Shown here piece after piece: positions 1-12,286 of a DNA stretch of 64,000 nt (the stretch's first letter is position 1; each line of letters begins with the position of its first letter). The notes under the pieces were generated by a model. That model worked only from the letters and a program-made list of their open reading frames with translations. It did no database searches and was not told where the DNA came from. The stretch covers positions 26,211,344-26,275,343 of the forward strand of contig NC_057719.1 in NCBI RefSeq assembly GCF_004010195.1. Direction: 5' to 3'. A program made the position numbers and the translations under genes. Source of the DNA: Chiloscyllium plagiosum. Lineage: Eukaryota.

Positions 1-990
1 CTGTCTATGTTGCACTGAAGCCTGCAGTAGCCCTCTATACTATCAACGACACCTCCAACCTTTGTGTCATCTGCAAATTTACTAACCCACCCCTCAACCT
101 CCTCATCCAAGTCATTTATAAAAACTACAAAGAGCAAAGGCCCAAGAACAGAGCTCTGCGGGACCCCACTCAACACTGACCTCCAGGCAGAATATTTTCC
201 ATCTACAACCACTATCTGCCTTCCTTCAGCCAGCCAATTCTGAATCCAGATAGCCAAATCTCCATGCATCCCATACTTCCTACTTTATGAATGAGCCTAC
301 CATGGGGAACCCTATCAAATCCATATACACCACATCCACTGCTCTGCCATCGTTGACCTGTCCTGACACCACCTCAAAGAACTCAATAAGATTTGTAAGG
401 CATGATGTTCCCCTCACAAAGCCATGCTGACTGCCTTTAATTATACTACGCTTTGCCAAATAGTCATAAATCCTATCCCTCAGAATTCTTTCCACAACCT
501 TGCTGACCACAGACGTAAGACTGAGTGGTCTGTAATTGCCAGGGATTTCCCTATTACCCTTCTTGAAAAGTGGAACAACATTCGCCTTCTTCCAATCATG
601 TTACATTGGCATTTTTTTTAATCCACTGGAACCTTTCCAGAATCCAGGATATTTTGGAATATTATAACGCATTTACGCTCTTTGCTGCTACCTCCTTTAA
701 GACCTTAGGATATAGAGCATTAGGCCCTTGGGATTTGTCTGCCTTTAATCCCAATATTTTGTTCAGTAATTTTTCCCTACTGATGATAATTGTTTTAAAT
801 TAATTTTTTCTACAATCTCTGCATTCTCGATTACTATTGAGATGGTTTTTACGTCCTCCACTGTGAAAACTGAGGCAAAATATTGATTTCATATCTCTGC
901 CATTGCTGTGTTCTCCACTGTTAATTCCCTAGTCTTGTCCTGTAAGGGATCAACATTCACTATAGCTACTCTCTTCCTTTCTATACACTT
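1..990 (-). mobile_element. CR1-clade LINE ORF2 (reverse transcriptase) fragments, decayed; probably two adjacent pieces
   Basis: Minus strand reads FADDT near 62-77, SQHGFVRGTSCLTNLIEFFE...AVDVVYMD (ORF 280-510) and a linker-like stretch at 889-990. Confidence 0.85.
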
Positions 991-1049
991 AAAAAAGCTT
1001 TCATCAAATGCATCAGCACTAACAGCTATACCACGCACTGCCATCTGAC

Positions 1050-1690
1050 ACATTTTCTCCTTTTTCTCATTGCAGTAGAAAATAGCCAATAACATGGCAG
1101 AGAGAGGCTGAACAGGTGGATGTGTGCCAGACACCAGACTCCTCAGTCCCTGTGAGGAAAGAGATTTGGTTCTCACAATGCTGAAAAATCCATGTCCCAT
1201 CAAATAAGTAAGTACCACTCTGCATGTACCATTAACTTTCAGCCACTTTTAACCAATGGTTGTGACACCTTCTCTCTCTTTTGTCTTGAAGGTTCTGCAG
1301 GCCTACCATTGACCTCAGCATCAATATGCCTTGCTCCACCAGAACCTCCAGGACAGAGGCAATCTAGGCATAAGCATAATGAGGTCAATACACTAAAGCT
1401 CCTCGGCCAACAGCCTCAATCTCAGAAAAGACACCATCCACCCCAGCATGGAATGCACCTAATGCAGTGGGAAGGTGAGAAAGAAGAAAGCATATTGAAG
1501 GCACTTTGGCGGCATGGGTGAAGAAGGCTATCTTGTTGTTCAAAACATATACATAAATGTTATTGACTGTAATTTTCCTGCATAGGCTTCGGAGCATCTC
1601 TGTGTAGCTGCTTCATTGTCACACCATCCTGCAGCAATTCATGGCCAAACAGGAAACTTCATGGACTGCGGCTTGTGCTCAGAGCCAACA
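1050..1690 (+). mobile_element. Degenerate PIF/Harbinger accessory (Myb/SANT-like) gene remnant with splice sites
   Basis: After acceptor ttctcattgcag (1075): *KIANNMAERG*TGGCVPDTRLLSPCEERDL, resembling the K.AHN..ER..TGGG.P...L.P.EE motif of Harbinger Myb-like proteins; donor gtaagt at 1208; in-frame stops. Confidence 0.5.
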
Positions 1691-1693
1691 ACA

Positions 1694-2212
1694 GAGTCAT
1701 AGAGATGTACAGCATGGAAACAGACCCTTCGGTGCAACCCGTCCATGCCAACCAGCTATCCCAACCCAATCTAGTCCCACCTGCCAGCACCAGCCCATAT
1801 CCCTCCAAACCCTTCCTATTCATATACCATCCAAATACCTTTTAAATGTTACAATTGTACCAGCCTCCACCACTTCCTCCGGCAGCTCATTCCATACACA
1901 TACCAGCCTCTGCGTGAAAAGTTGCCCCTTAGGTCCCTTTTATATCTTTCCCCTCTCACCCTAAACCTATGCCCTCTAGTTCTGGACTCCCCGACCACAG
2001 GGAAAAGACTTTGTCTATTTATCCTATACATGCCCCTCATAATTTTGTAAACCTTTATAAGGTCACCCCTCAGCCTCCGACACTCCAGGGAAAACAGCCC
2101 CAGCCTGTTCAGCCTCTCCCTATAGCTCAAATCCTCCAACTCTGGCAACATCCTTGTAAGCCTTTTCTGAACCCTTTCATGTTTCACAGCAACTTTCTGA
2201 TAGGAAGGAGAC
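1694..2212 (-). mobile_element. CR1/HER1 LINE 3' fragment
   Basis: ERVQKRLTRMLPELEDLSYRERLNRLGLFSLE...SRTRGHRFRV, then 3'UTR with ctatgactct tail on the minus strand. Confidence 0.92.
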
Positions 2213-2580
2213 ACTGAGGGGAGAATCAATGCATACACATGGCTTTCTGTCCTGTAGGCACCTTTGACCCTCATATTTGTGCACTAAGGTGTAGCTGTGA
2301 AAGAGATGTCCAGCAGTGACTGGGCCAAGGAGCTGCCATCTTTAGACAGAGTCAACGGTACAGAGTAGCCAGAGACTAAGCAATTTGTAGGCCTGTGCGT
2401 GAGACATTCCAGGAACACATGACCCATTTAAAAGCCCTCTGAATGTTGTGTGCTACAGCCCCTCCCTTACAGCTTAAGTCACTTACTCCGCTCACTCTGT
2501 GCCAATCATAGCCATTTTCTTCTCCTTTGATTTTTAGCATGATGGAAGGTGACAGTGCATGCTCCTCCTCCCCAGACTGG

Positions 2581-2727
2581 GAGAAAGTGAGGACTGCAGA
2601 TGCTCAAGATCAAAGTAGAAACTGTGGTGCTGGAAAAACTGATGAAGGGCTTATGCCCGAAATGTCGATTCTCCTGCTCCTCGGATGCTGCCTGGCCTGC
2701 TATGCTTTTCCAGCACCACACTCTCGA
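2581..2727. mobile_element. Short fold-back PLE-derived element with hammerhead ribozyme core
   Basis: Inverted arms tgtggtgctggaaaa / ttttccagcaccaca; CTGATGA-AGGGCTTATGCCC-GAAATGTC at 2639-2666; 16-bp direct repeat ctcctccccagactgg on both sides. Confidence 0.8.
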
Positions 2728-2744
2728 CTCCTCCCCAGACTGGC

Positions 2745-3150
2745 TGGGAATAGGCTGGGACTACTTTCCCTGGAGCGTTGGAGAATGAGGGATGACCTTA
2801 TAGAAATTTATAAAATTATGAGAGCATAAGAGGGAAGAGTAGTCCAAAAGTAGAGGGCATAGGTTTAAGGTGTGAGGGGAAAGATTGAAAAGGGACCTAA
2901 GGGGCCATTTTCCATGCAGAGGGTGGTGCATGTATGGGATGAGGAATTACTAAAGGAAGTGATGGAGGTTGGTACAATTACAACATTTAAAAGGCATCTG
3001 GATGGGTATATAAATAGAAAGAGTTTAGAGGGATATGGACCCAATCCTGGCAAAAGGGACAGGATGAATTTAGGATATCTGGTCAGCATGGATGATTTGG
3101 ACCAAAGGGTCTGTTTTCATGCTGTATATCTCTACGACTGTATGACTCTG
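2745..3150 (+). mobile_element. CR1 LINE 3' fragment
   Basis: NRLGLLSLERWRMRDDLIEIYKIM; QRVVHVW...FKRHLDGY; 3'UTR with tatgactct tail. Confidence 0.88.
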
Positions 3151-3199
3151 GCTGACCATGTTAATGATTCTGAAATATCTACATCCCCTCCTTTATAGA

Positions 3200-3595
3200 C
3201 CATAAGATCATAAGAATTAGGAACGGGAGTAGTTCATTCAACCCTAAAACCTGCTCTGCCATTCAATAGGATCATCTATCTCAGCCTTAAATATATACAC
3301 AGACTCTGCCCCCACAGCTCTCTGTGGCAATGGGTTCCAAAGACTCACAACACTCTGAGAGAAGAGATTCCTCCTCATTTCAGTCTTAAACTGGTGCCCC
3401 TTTATTCTGAGACAATGCCCTCATGTCCTAGACTATCCCATGGGGGGAATCATTCTTTCAGCATTTACCCTGTCAAACCCTTTAAGAATCCTGTATGTTT
3501 CAATGAGGCCATCTCACATTGCTCTAAACTTCAGTGGGTAGAGTGCCTTCACTCATAAAACAATCGCTCCATACCAGGGATCACCCTACTGAATC
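3200..3595 (-). mobile_element. Older CR1-clade LINE 3' fragment
   Basis: Minus strand resembles the CR1 C-terminus; similar to 27910-28325 and 61825-62280. Confidence 0.7.
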
Positions 3596-5064
3596 ATAGT
3601 TAGCCTCCCTAGTGATCCATCTGCCAACCTGATAAGAATCACACAAGTCCCCCTAGTCCCCACCCAACATTCACCTACACCAACCTACTCTTCACATCCA
3701 GACCCAGGATACAAGTGAACATGTCTGGGCCAGGGTCTCCTGACCATGGATGACCCTCCCTCCCCTCATTAAACCCTACCCAGTCAGGATTTATACTCAC
3801 AGCCTTTTTGAAATCCTGTTACCCACCCTGCCCCCCCAGGCACCAATGGCACTGCACGGTTGCCCATTGCCTGCAACCTCCACTCCTGAATATTAAACTG
3901 TTGCAATTTCAGTGCCACCCCACCCCTCCACCCCTTGCACACCCCTAACCCTTTTCCCCTTCCCTCTCAGTTTCTGAAGACTGACCCAAAGGATAGACTA
4001 ACCTCTGGGCCAACATGAGCGGACAAGATGTGCTAAGACCCCTGACTGACCATGTGTTTGCTGGTACATGATGCAGGTAATTGATGGAGCACACTAGACT
4101 TTGCAATATGTGTGCCCCATAAACTAAGGACCAGCTGAACTTGCATGGCAGAAAGACAAGCCTCCAGTATGTGTGACTATACTAATTGGCACAGCATGGC
4201 AAGGTAAGGCCGTGATGCTGTGAACAAGCAGGTAGGTGTTAAGTGAAAGAGTGCTCAGAAAGCAAGCGAGCTTCCCTGAGATGCAGCCAACTCTAGTCCA
4301 CAAGCTGAGTACCTGTTCCTGTGCAGAAAGTGTCCCTGTTACAGTCTTTCAATACAAATTGCTGATGTGCCTGGTAATGTAAGTTTGTGCTTCCAAATCA
4401 CACTCAGATGGTCTTACAGATGTCAAATACCTAAGTCCACGGAGGAGGAATGGTGTACGTGTATCTTGCCCTGATCTGCTGTCTGGTCTCAGGTAATGTG
4501 GAGGTGGCTTGGAGCAAGTGGTGAGCTGAACCCGCCAGGGACCCACTCTGGTCCTTGTTGAGTTTTTCCAACATTGATCTTGTTTGGCGAGTTTGGTAAG
4601 CTGAGAGTGTGAGTATTAATGAGGTGAGTTTTGCTGAGTGAGAATCTCACCATGCTACTCGCAAAAAACAAAAAGGACAGATTGAGAAGATCTTGAGATC
4701 CAGATGGGCCTCACTGCACTCATCACCCAATCCTGGCATACATCTTACCATGGCTCACACTACTCAAAGCTCTGTTAGAGACCACCCCAATTCCAAGTTT
4801 CTTGAAGGGGAAAGTGTGTCGGAGGATTGAAGAGGCCAGTCTTGGCTCATTTTAAAGGGAAGGCAAAAGTAATCTAGGTAGCAGCACCAGTTAGTTTAAT
4901 GTTACTGCTAAGTCAAGAATTATGATCTTTAATTGAAGCTGAAACTGTTGAACTAGATGAAGCAAACATAATTTTAAGCAGCCAGGTGGAAGTTTCAGAT
5001 CAAAGGATCACTCAAAACCAACCAGATGGCATTCATTGGGGAGTGAAAAATGTTGGGCAGAATT

Positions 5065-5161
5065 TGTGTGTGTGTGTCTGTATGTGTATGTGTGTGTGTG
5101 TATGTGTGTCTGTTTGGTGTGAGTGCGCGCGCGCGCACGCATGTGTGCCATGTGCATGTGT
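5065..5161. repeat. (TG)n/(GC)n compound microsatellite
   Basis: tgtgtg...gtgcgcgcgcgcgcacgcatgtgtg seen directly. Confidence 0.9.
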
Positions 5162-5199
5162 AACGTGGCGGGTTGGTGACAACTAACATTCCTCAATAT

Positions 5200-5660
5200 T
5201 ATGGCTGATCAGCCCTAGCCTCAACTTCTCTTTCATGCCAGTTCCACATTGCCTTCATCTCCCCAGTATTTCAAAATTTTATCTACCACCTCTTTGAATA
5301 CTTTCAGTGATTTAGCCTACACAAATTTCTGGAGTAGACAATTCTAGATGTTAACAACTTTCAGGGAGAAGAAATTCCTTCACATCACAATTTTAAATGG
5401 AGGTCCCTTACTCTTTAACTGTACCCCTTAGTTTGTGTTTCCCCCATTAGTGGAAACAGCTTCTCAGCATCCATTCTGTCTGAATGTTGCATGTATTAAT
5501 GAAATCACACCTCATTTTTCTGAACTTGCATGTACAAAATCCTAAGCTGTTCAATCACTGTTCATTCTTGTTGTCAAGAATCAGCCTTGTGCAGTGCTTT
5601 TGAACTGCCTCTAGTGCCTGGATATCCTTTCTGAAATACGAGAATCAAACTGGACTCCAG
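5200..5660 (-). mobile_element. Old CR1-clade LINE 3' fragment
   Basis: Degenerate similarity to the other minus-strand CR1 3' ends (gagaagaaattcct, ccccattagtggaaac). Confidence 0.6.
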
Positions 5661-5934
5661 ATGCCGAGCTGAGGCCCATAATTGGCCATTAATCATTCAC
5701 ATTTAAAGGCCTAAATTAGTGGTGAGTACAATTTACATGTTCTGAAGGCTCTTGTGTGCAGAGTTAGGGTCCCTACCTTTGAGTCAGGTAAGGCCAGGTT
5801 CAAGTCCCACCCATTCCAAAAGGGTGCAATAGCATCTCTCAACAGGTTAATTAGGAAAATATCCATAATTCACAACTCCTTCAGTCACAAAAAGGATGTT
5901 CAACTTAATAAGGTAGAATTGGTCATCAAAAGGG

Positions 5935-7236
5935 TAAGGACTGATTAGGGATAGTCAACATAGTTTTGTGCGTGGGAAATCATGTCTCACAAACTTGATT
6001 GAGTTTTTTGAAGAAGTAACAAAGAGGATTGATGAGTGCAGAGCGGTAGTCATGATCTAAGTGGACTTCAGTAAGGCATTCAACAAGGTTCCCCATGGGA
6101 GACTGATTAGCAAGGTTAGATCTCATGGAATACAGGGAGAACTAGCTATTTAGATACAGAACTGGCTCAAAGGTAGGGTATGGTGGAGGGTTGTTTTTCA
6201 GACTGGAGGCCTATGACTGGTGGAGTGCCACAAGGATCAGTGTTGAGTCCACTACGTTTCAGCAACTTTATAAATGATTTGGATGTGAGCATAGGAGGTA
6301 TAATTAGTAAGTTTGCAGACGACACCAAAATTGGAGGTGTAGTGCACAGCAAAGAAGGTTACCTCGGATTACAATGGGATCTTGATCAGATGGGCCAATG
6401 GGCTGAGGAGTGGTAGATGGAGTTTAATTTAGATAAATGTGAGGTGCTGCATTTTGGGAAAGCAAATCTTAGCAGGACTTATCCACTTAATGGTAAAATC
6501 CTAGGGAGTGTTGCTGAACAAAGAGACCTTGAAGTGCAGGTTCATAGCTCCTTGAAAGTAGAGTCACGGTACCAAAGAAGACATTTGGTATGCTTTCCTT
6601 TGTTGGCCAGAGTACTGAGTACAGGAGTTGGGAGGTCATGTTGCGGCTGTACAGGACATTGGTTAGGCCACTTTTGGAATGTTGCATGCAATTCTAGTCT
6701 CCTTCCTGTCAGAAGGATGTTGTGAAACTTGAAAGGGTTTAGAAAAGATTTAAGGATGTTGTCAGGGTTGGAGGATTTAATCTGTAGGCAGAGATCCTTC
6801 CGGTAGGAAGGAGACAAGAATTACACGCAATATTCCAAAAGTGGTTATTTTCCCTTGAGCTTTGGATGTTGAGAGATTACCTTATAGAGGTTTATAAAAT
6901 CACGAGGGGCATGGATATGGTAAATAGACAAGGTCTTTTCCCTTGGATGGGAGAATCCAGAACTAGAGGGCATAGGTTTAGGGTGAGAGAAGAAAGATAT
7001 AAAAAAGACCTAAGGGCAACTTTTTCACGCAGAGGATGGTGCGTGTTTGGAATGGGCTACCGGGAAAGTGGTGGAGACTGGTACAGTTGCAACATTTAAA
7101 AGGCATCTGGTTGGGTACCTGAATAGGAAGGGTTTGGAGGGATATGGGCCAGGTGCTGGCAGGTGGCACTAGATTAGGTTCAGATATCTGGTCGGCATCT
7201 CTCGAAGTGCTGTACATCTCTATGACTCTCTGACTC
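5935..7236 (+). mobile_element. CR1/HER1 LINE, 5'-truncated (RT to 3' tail)
   Basis: GVPQGSVL, SKFADDTKIGG, MEFNLDKCEVLHFG, SRTRGHRFRV, ctatgactct tail; stops and frameshifts. Confidence 0.95.
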
Positions 7237-7554
7237 TAATTAAAAAGAGGGTGAAGATTCCCAATTTCAGAAGCCATCCTGTGTACCCTAATTACATGGG
7301 AGAAAAATTCAAAGTTACGCTGGCTTCAAGAGACTTTCAGGTGTCCAGGACATCGAGGCACCTATCGATGCTAATGAATGGTCCACCATTTGTTTTGGGA
7401 TGGAGGGAATGAAGGGTAATGAGGATACAACAGTAAAGTGGAGTTGAGGATTCTCAGAGCAGCCACAATCTCATCAATTGGCAGAGCAAACTCAACGGGC
7501 TGAGTGGCCTACTTTTGCTTCAACATCTTGTCTTAGCTGAATAATCTTCCGCAA

Positions 7555-7835
7555 ATGAAGCGGGCATTAGGCTTTGCTGGATGCTCTATGGGCTATCAAG
7601 TGCACCTCCAGTGCAAAACTCTTCCCTTTTGACACTGCTGGCCATGATCAACCTTGCCAATGTTCTTGTGCCCCCACCTCTTCTGACCCTACCTGAGGGC
7701 ACTGCTAACAAGCCAAATGATGCAAGATTTAATTCTCTTGATTATCCAACTGCCCGTGTAGTTGCAGCATACACAAGCAGTTCACCTTTCTGTTCGTGTG
7801 GACAGTTTCTGAGACCAGATCAAATCTCCTCCCTC
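7555..7835 (+). mobile_element. Possible highly decayed Harbinger transposase fragment
   Basis: Frameshifted motifs in the expected order: RALGFAG, AIKCT (cf. AIDCTH), FNSLD-IQL (cf. FHSLNVQL), DSF-LR (cf. HDSFILR). Confidence 0.35.
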
Positions 7836-8909
7836 AACTGGGAACAGACTCTAAAATGACAAGCATTGAGTCATCACAAGGCTCGACAATATCACAACAC
7901 ATAATGGAAAAAAATAAGAGTAGGAAAATAAATTAAATATATGGAAAATAACTAAAATTGCCTATTTACCATAAATCCTGAAACTGTGTATCCCATAGCA
8001 ATATGCATCCTAAAATATCGCAACACAATTACTGTGAAATTGATATTGGATACCAAAGCTACTTCTGTGATTTAGAAAGAAAAATAAGCAAGGTTGTCAC
8101 AACTCCATAAATCACTTGCTCGATATGTTATTAAACTAAGGTAATGGGCTTTATTGTCATGGCAAGTAAATATTCACATATACAAACAGATTGCCAAATG
8201 CTATCAATATGTGCAGTGTGTCAAGCAGCAACAGCAACTTTCATTTAAATAATGCTTTAGTGCAGAAAAGTATTCAAAATATTTCACAAAAGTTAGCTGA
8301 CGTTGTGAACACTTCCCTCTGCCACTGCCCATCACCCTTAAAACGTGTTGTTATCACCCTCTCCATGAAACAATCTTAATCCCTTTACCTTTTGCAAACT
8401 ATCATTTCAAATCAAAGCTCCCTCTCGCCTTCAAAATTCTTGACATTTTTGTTGCCTTCCTAAGCTGTGCCCATTTTCCTTCAAATTCCATTTAATAGGG
8501 TAGCAAAGTGAGAATAGGAAGAGGAATAGGCCATTCAGCCCATTCAATTATATCATGTCTGATCAACTACCTCTCTACCAATTTCTTCCATATCCCATGA
8601 TGTCATTAGCCTCTGGAAATCTATCAATTTCTATCTTGAGGTTGCTCAACGGTTAAGCTTCCACCACCTCTGGGGTAAGAATCCAAAGAATTCACCACCC
8701 TTTGAGTGAAGACATTCCTCCTTAATTTTAATTCTTAATTGCCTGCATGTTACATCCCCACCAGCCAGGTCACCACACACTTATTGACATTGTATTTCAT
8801 TTGTCATGTTCCAACACATTCACATAGTCTGCCCAAGTGCACTTGCATCCTCCTTACAACTTACCTTCCCATCTAGTTTCGTGTCATCTGTAAATTGGTA
8901 ACATTATTG

Positions 8910-9180
8910 GGCGAGTAATCCAGAGGCCACAACTGACACCAGCAAAACTCCCAGCGTGACAGCTGGAGAAATTTTAATTCAGTTAATGAAATAACTGGAA
9001 TAAAAAGTTGGCCTCAGTAATACTGACAATTTGACTGTTGAATTATCTTAAAAACCTATGAATGGATGACTTGCATAGGAAAGGAAACATTACACCCTTG
9101 GTCTGGTCTCTGTGTGATTCCAGTTGACACTTAGCTGCCTCTTATGTGGCCTAGTAAATCACCTTGGTTGTGTCAAACCA
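8910..9180 (+). mobile_element. Old tRNA-related shark SINE-like repeat
   Basis: gtaatccagag...ggtctggtct...gtgattccag...tggcctagtaa pattern recurs inverted at about 30300-30630 and 38710-38830. Confidence 0.5.
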
Positions 9181-9572
9181 TCATTCAATAAGATCATGGG
9201 TGACCTGATTTGAACCTCCACTTCACATTCCTGCATATCCCAGTAATCTTTCATCCCTTTGATAACCAACACATCTACCCCGTCTTAAAAATATTTAAAG
9301 TTTTGCATCCAATGCTTTTTGAGAAAGGGAATTCCAAAAGCTTACAATTCTGAGAGAGAAAGAACAAACAAGACACAAAATTGGGGATTTGTGGGTCAAA
9401 ATTGGAAGGGTTCAGAGACAGGTCAAACAACCCTGACAACAAAATACTCACAGGATTGTATCTTACAGCTAATGTCACACAGACCACAATTGCTATCTCT
9501 GTCCTTCGTGTCCCATCGATAGGACAGACATTTCAGAGATGTTGGCCAAATGGTATACAATCAAGAAGCAAC

Positions 9573-10131
9573 TGTTATGAAATCGGGAATTATACACCAG
9601 GTAGGTAAATGGTAAATCTAAACAGGAACACTTTATTGAAAATACTCACACCTCCAAAGCCAGTTCTAAACTGGACCCACATCCATCCCTTCAAGTCACC
9701 TGACCAGCTCTCCCAAAGGGAGATATACATAACACCCCTCCCCTATCATTTTAAAAATTCCATTAATAAACATACATACAACAATTATAATAAGCATGCA
9801 AGCATTGTAGCTAACATATATACGTTGTCAGAAATATATACAAAAAATTATGGAAAAAGAAAATTACTCTACTGTAGTTTAGGTTGATGTGATCTGTCTC
9901 TTGGGAGGGATGGTGATACTACGAAGACCACCTCTTCGAAGTGGGTGAACCTTTTGGCTCTGAATACAATGCTCAAACCTATTTTTTCAACTTGAGCATA
10001 ATTCTCCACCCACTTTGTTAGTGATGTCGATGCAAACACAATGGACCTTTCCTCCACATTTGGTAACATGTGACAGTACAGTATTGCAAACCACCACCAC
10101 CCTCACCCCACCCCCCCCCCAACCCGCCCCA
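9573..10131 (-). mobile_element. Gypsy element A, internally deleted 3' part: RNase H, pol end, PPT, 3' LTR (9573-9734)
   Basis: LTR termini TGTTAT...ATAACA; polypurine tract aggggagggg (9735-9744, minus) abuts the LTR; MLPNVEERSIVFASTSLTKWVENYAQVEKIGLSIVF is RNase H-like. Confidence 0.8.
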
Positions 10132-12175
10132 NNNNNNNNNNNNNNNNNNNNNNNNNNNNNNNNNNNNNNNNNNNNNNNNNNNNNNNNNNNNNNNNNNNNN
10201 NNNNNNNNNNNNNNNNNNNNNNNNNNNNNNNNNNNNNNNNNNNNNNNNNNNNNNNNNNNNNNNNNNNNNNNNNNNNNNNNNNNNNNNNNNNNNNNNNNNN
10301 NNNNNNNNNNNNNNNNNNNNNNNNNNNNNNNNNNNNNNNNNNNNNNNNNNNNNNNNNNNNNNNNNNNNNNNNNNNNNNNNNNNNNNNNNNNNNNNNNNNN
10401 NNNNNNNNNNNNNNNNNNNNNNNNNNNNNNNNNNNNNNNNNNNNNNNNNNNNNNNNNNNNNNNNNNNNNNNNNNNNNNNNNNNNNNNNNNNNNNNNNNNN
10501 NNNNNNNNNNNNNNNNNNNNNNNNNNNNNNNNNNNNNNNNNNNNNNNNNNNNNNNNNNNNNNNNNNNNNNNNNNNNNNNCCCCGAGTAAAGGCTGCCTTC
10601 TGTCATTCTTGATTTTTTCTACCACCTCTCTGCTGTGTTCCAGCCACAGTAAGTCAAACATGGTTCTCAGCTGGCAGTTGAACATTAAGGACCTCGGCAA
10701 GCATTGGGTCTTTATGTGTGGCCTGATACTGTACGTGCTGAGGACCTAGTGACCCCTTCCCTTGTGAGGGGTTTAAAGCTTGCTTCAAGGTTTGAACAAA
10801 TCTCTCTGCCTGGCTGTTTGGCACAGAGTGGTACGGAGCCAATTTCACATGTCTGACTCCGTGATTTTCTAAATGTTCCTCAAACTCTTGTGCTACAAAC
10901 AGTGCATAATTGTCACACAGGATTTGTTCAGGGGTTCCCAATCCTGGTCAATATTTCATCCAGGTCCCTCTACCATTTCTTCTGCTGATACTGACTTCAT
11001 GACCGTCACAGCATCCACAACCAGCAGTAGCATCTGTCCCTCTCCTTGTCCCACAAAATTGACATGAATCCCCAGCCACGGTGGTTGAGACCACTCCCGT
11101 GGGTGAAAGGATGATAACTATGGCACCTTTCTTACTAATGTGCAAGGCTTTCATGTTCTCATTTTCTCTTCAATCTGGAAGTCCACATTTCACCATCAAA
11201 GATAGCTCCTGACTATCTCTTTCATTTGCATCATACTTGTTCCAGCCCCTTTCCTCTTAACAGGGAGGATTAACAACTTTCATTCCCCACATTAAATACC
11301 CGTCCAATACAGACAACTCTCACCTCCTGGACAGGTAAGGGCATAGTGCTGAGCAGTTTCCATGACTTGTGCTCTCTCTCAGGACTACCCAGCTCAAAAT
11401 CGGTTTGCTCCAAGTAAGCATTCCCCACCTGACTTGCTGACAGCAGCACCTTGTCATCCTGGTATAACCATTCCGTTATCTTTTACTTCCCTTGGTAGTG
11501 GCAGCCTTGACAGGGCATCTGCATTGCTGCGTTTCTCCAATTGTCAGTATTTGATCTCATATGAGCGGACTGACAGAGCCAGTGCCGTGCCCACCTCTGA
11601 TGGTATTCCTGTATATGGGTCAGAGATGGAGGTTAGAGGTCCATGGTTGTTCAATAACATGAAATGCCTGCCATAAAGGAAGTGGATGAATGCTTTAATA
11701 CTGAATATGATGCTCAATCTTGCTTTTCCACTTGAACATAATTCTCTGCCTACTTTGCAAACACAATGGGCCTTTACTGTCCATTCAGTAATGTGTGACA
11801 GTACAGCACCGACCCCCTAAGGCAAAACATTGCATAGCAACCGCAGTGACAACTTCTGATCAGAATGCATTAACACTTCCAACTTTTTAAAGGCTGACTT
11901 CACCTCCATGTACTCTCTATAGAGTCTTTAAAACATTTGCATTTCTCCCTTTTCACTTGTAAGCCATGCTACTGTAATCTTTTTAGGGTTCTTTATACAT
12001 TTTTAAAATGCTCCTCTTTGGAGGATCCAGTAATCAAAATATCGTCCAGATTACATTGGACTCTTGGCCCTCTTTGATAATATTTAACCCATGGTGCCTG
12101 GAATACAGCTGGTGCCGAGGTGATGCCAAAATGAAGCCCATTTCAGTGGAAAAATCCCCAATATGTCATTATCGT

Positions 12176-12286
12176 CGTCATACCCTGGTACACGTTTTAT
12201 GGTATGATCTGCCTCTATAGCACGCAAAACAACACTTTTCACTGTATCTAGGTACATGTGACAACAATAAACCAATCAATCAATCA
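12176..12286 (+). mobile_element. LINE 3' tail fragment (Rex-Babar/RTE-like, clade uncertain) inserted in the Gypsy RT
   Basis: aacacttttcactgtatc...atgtgacaacaataaa plus (caat)n tail; Gypsy RT-like sequence resumes on both sides. Confidence 0.7.

Noticed and set aside
9987-10749. Long ORFs of 167-244 aa
   Set aside because: They run through the N gap at 10132-10579.
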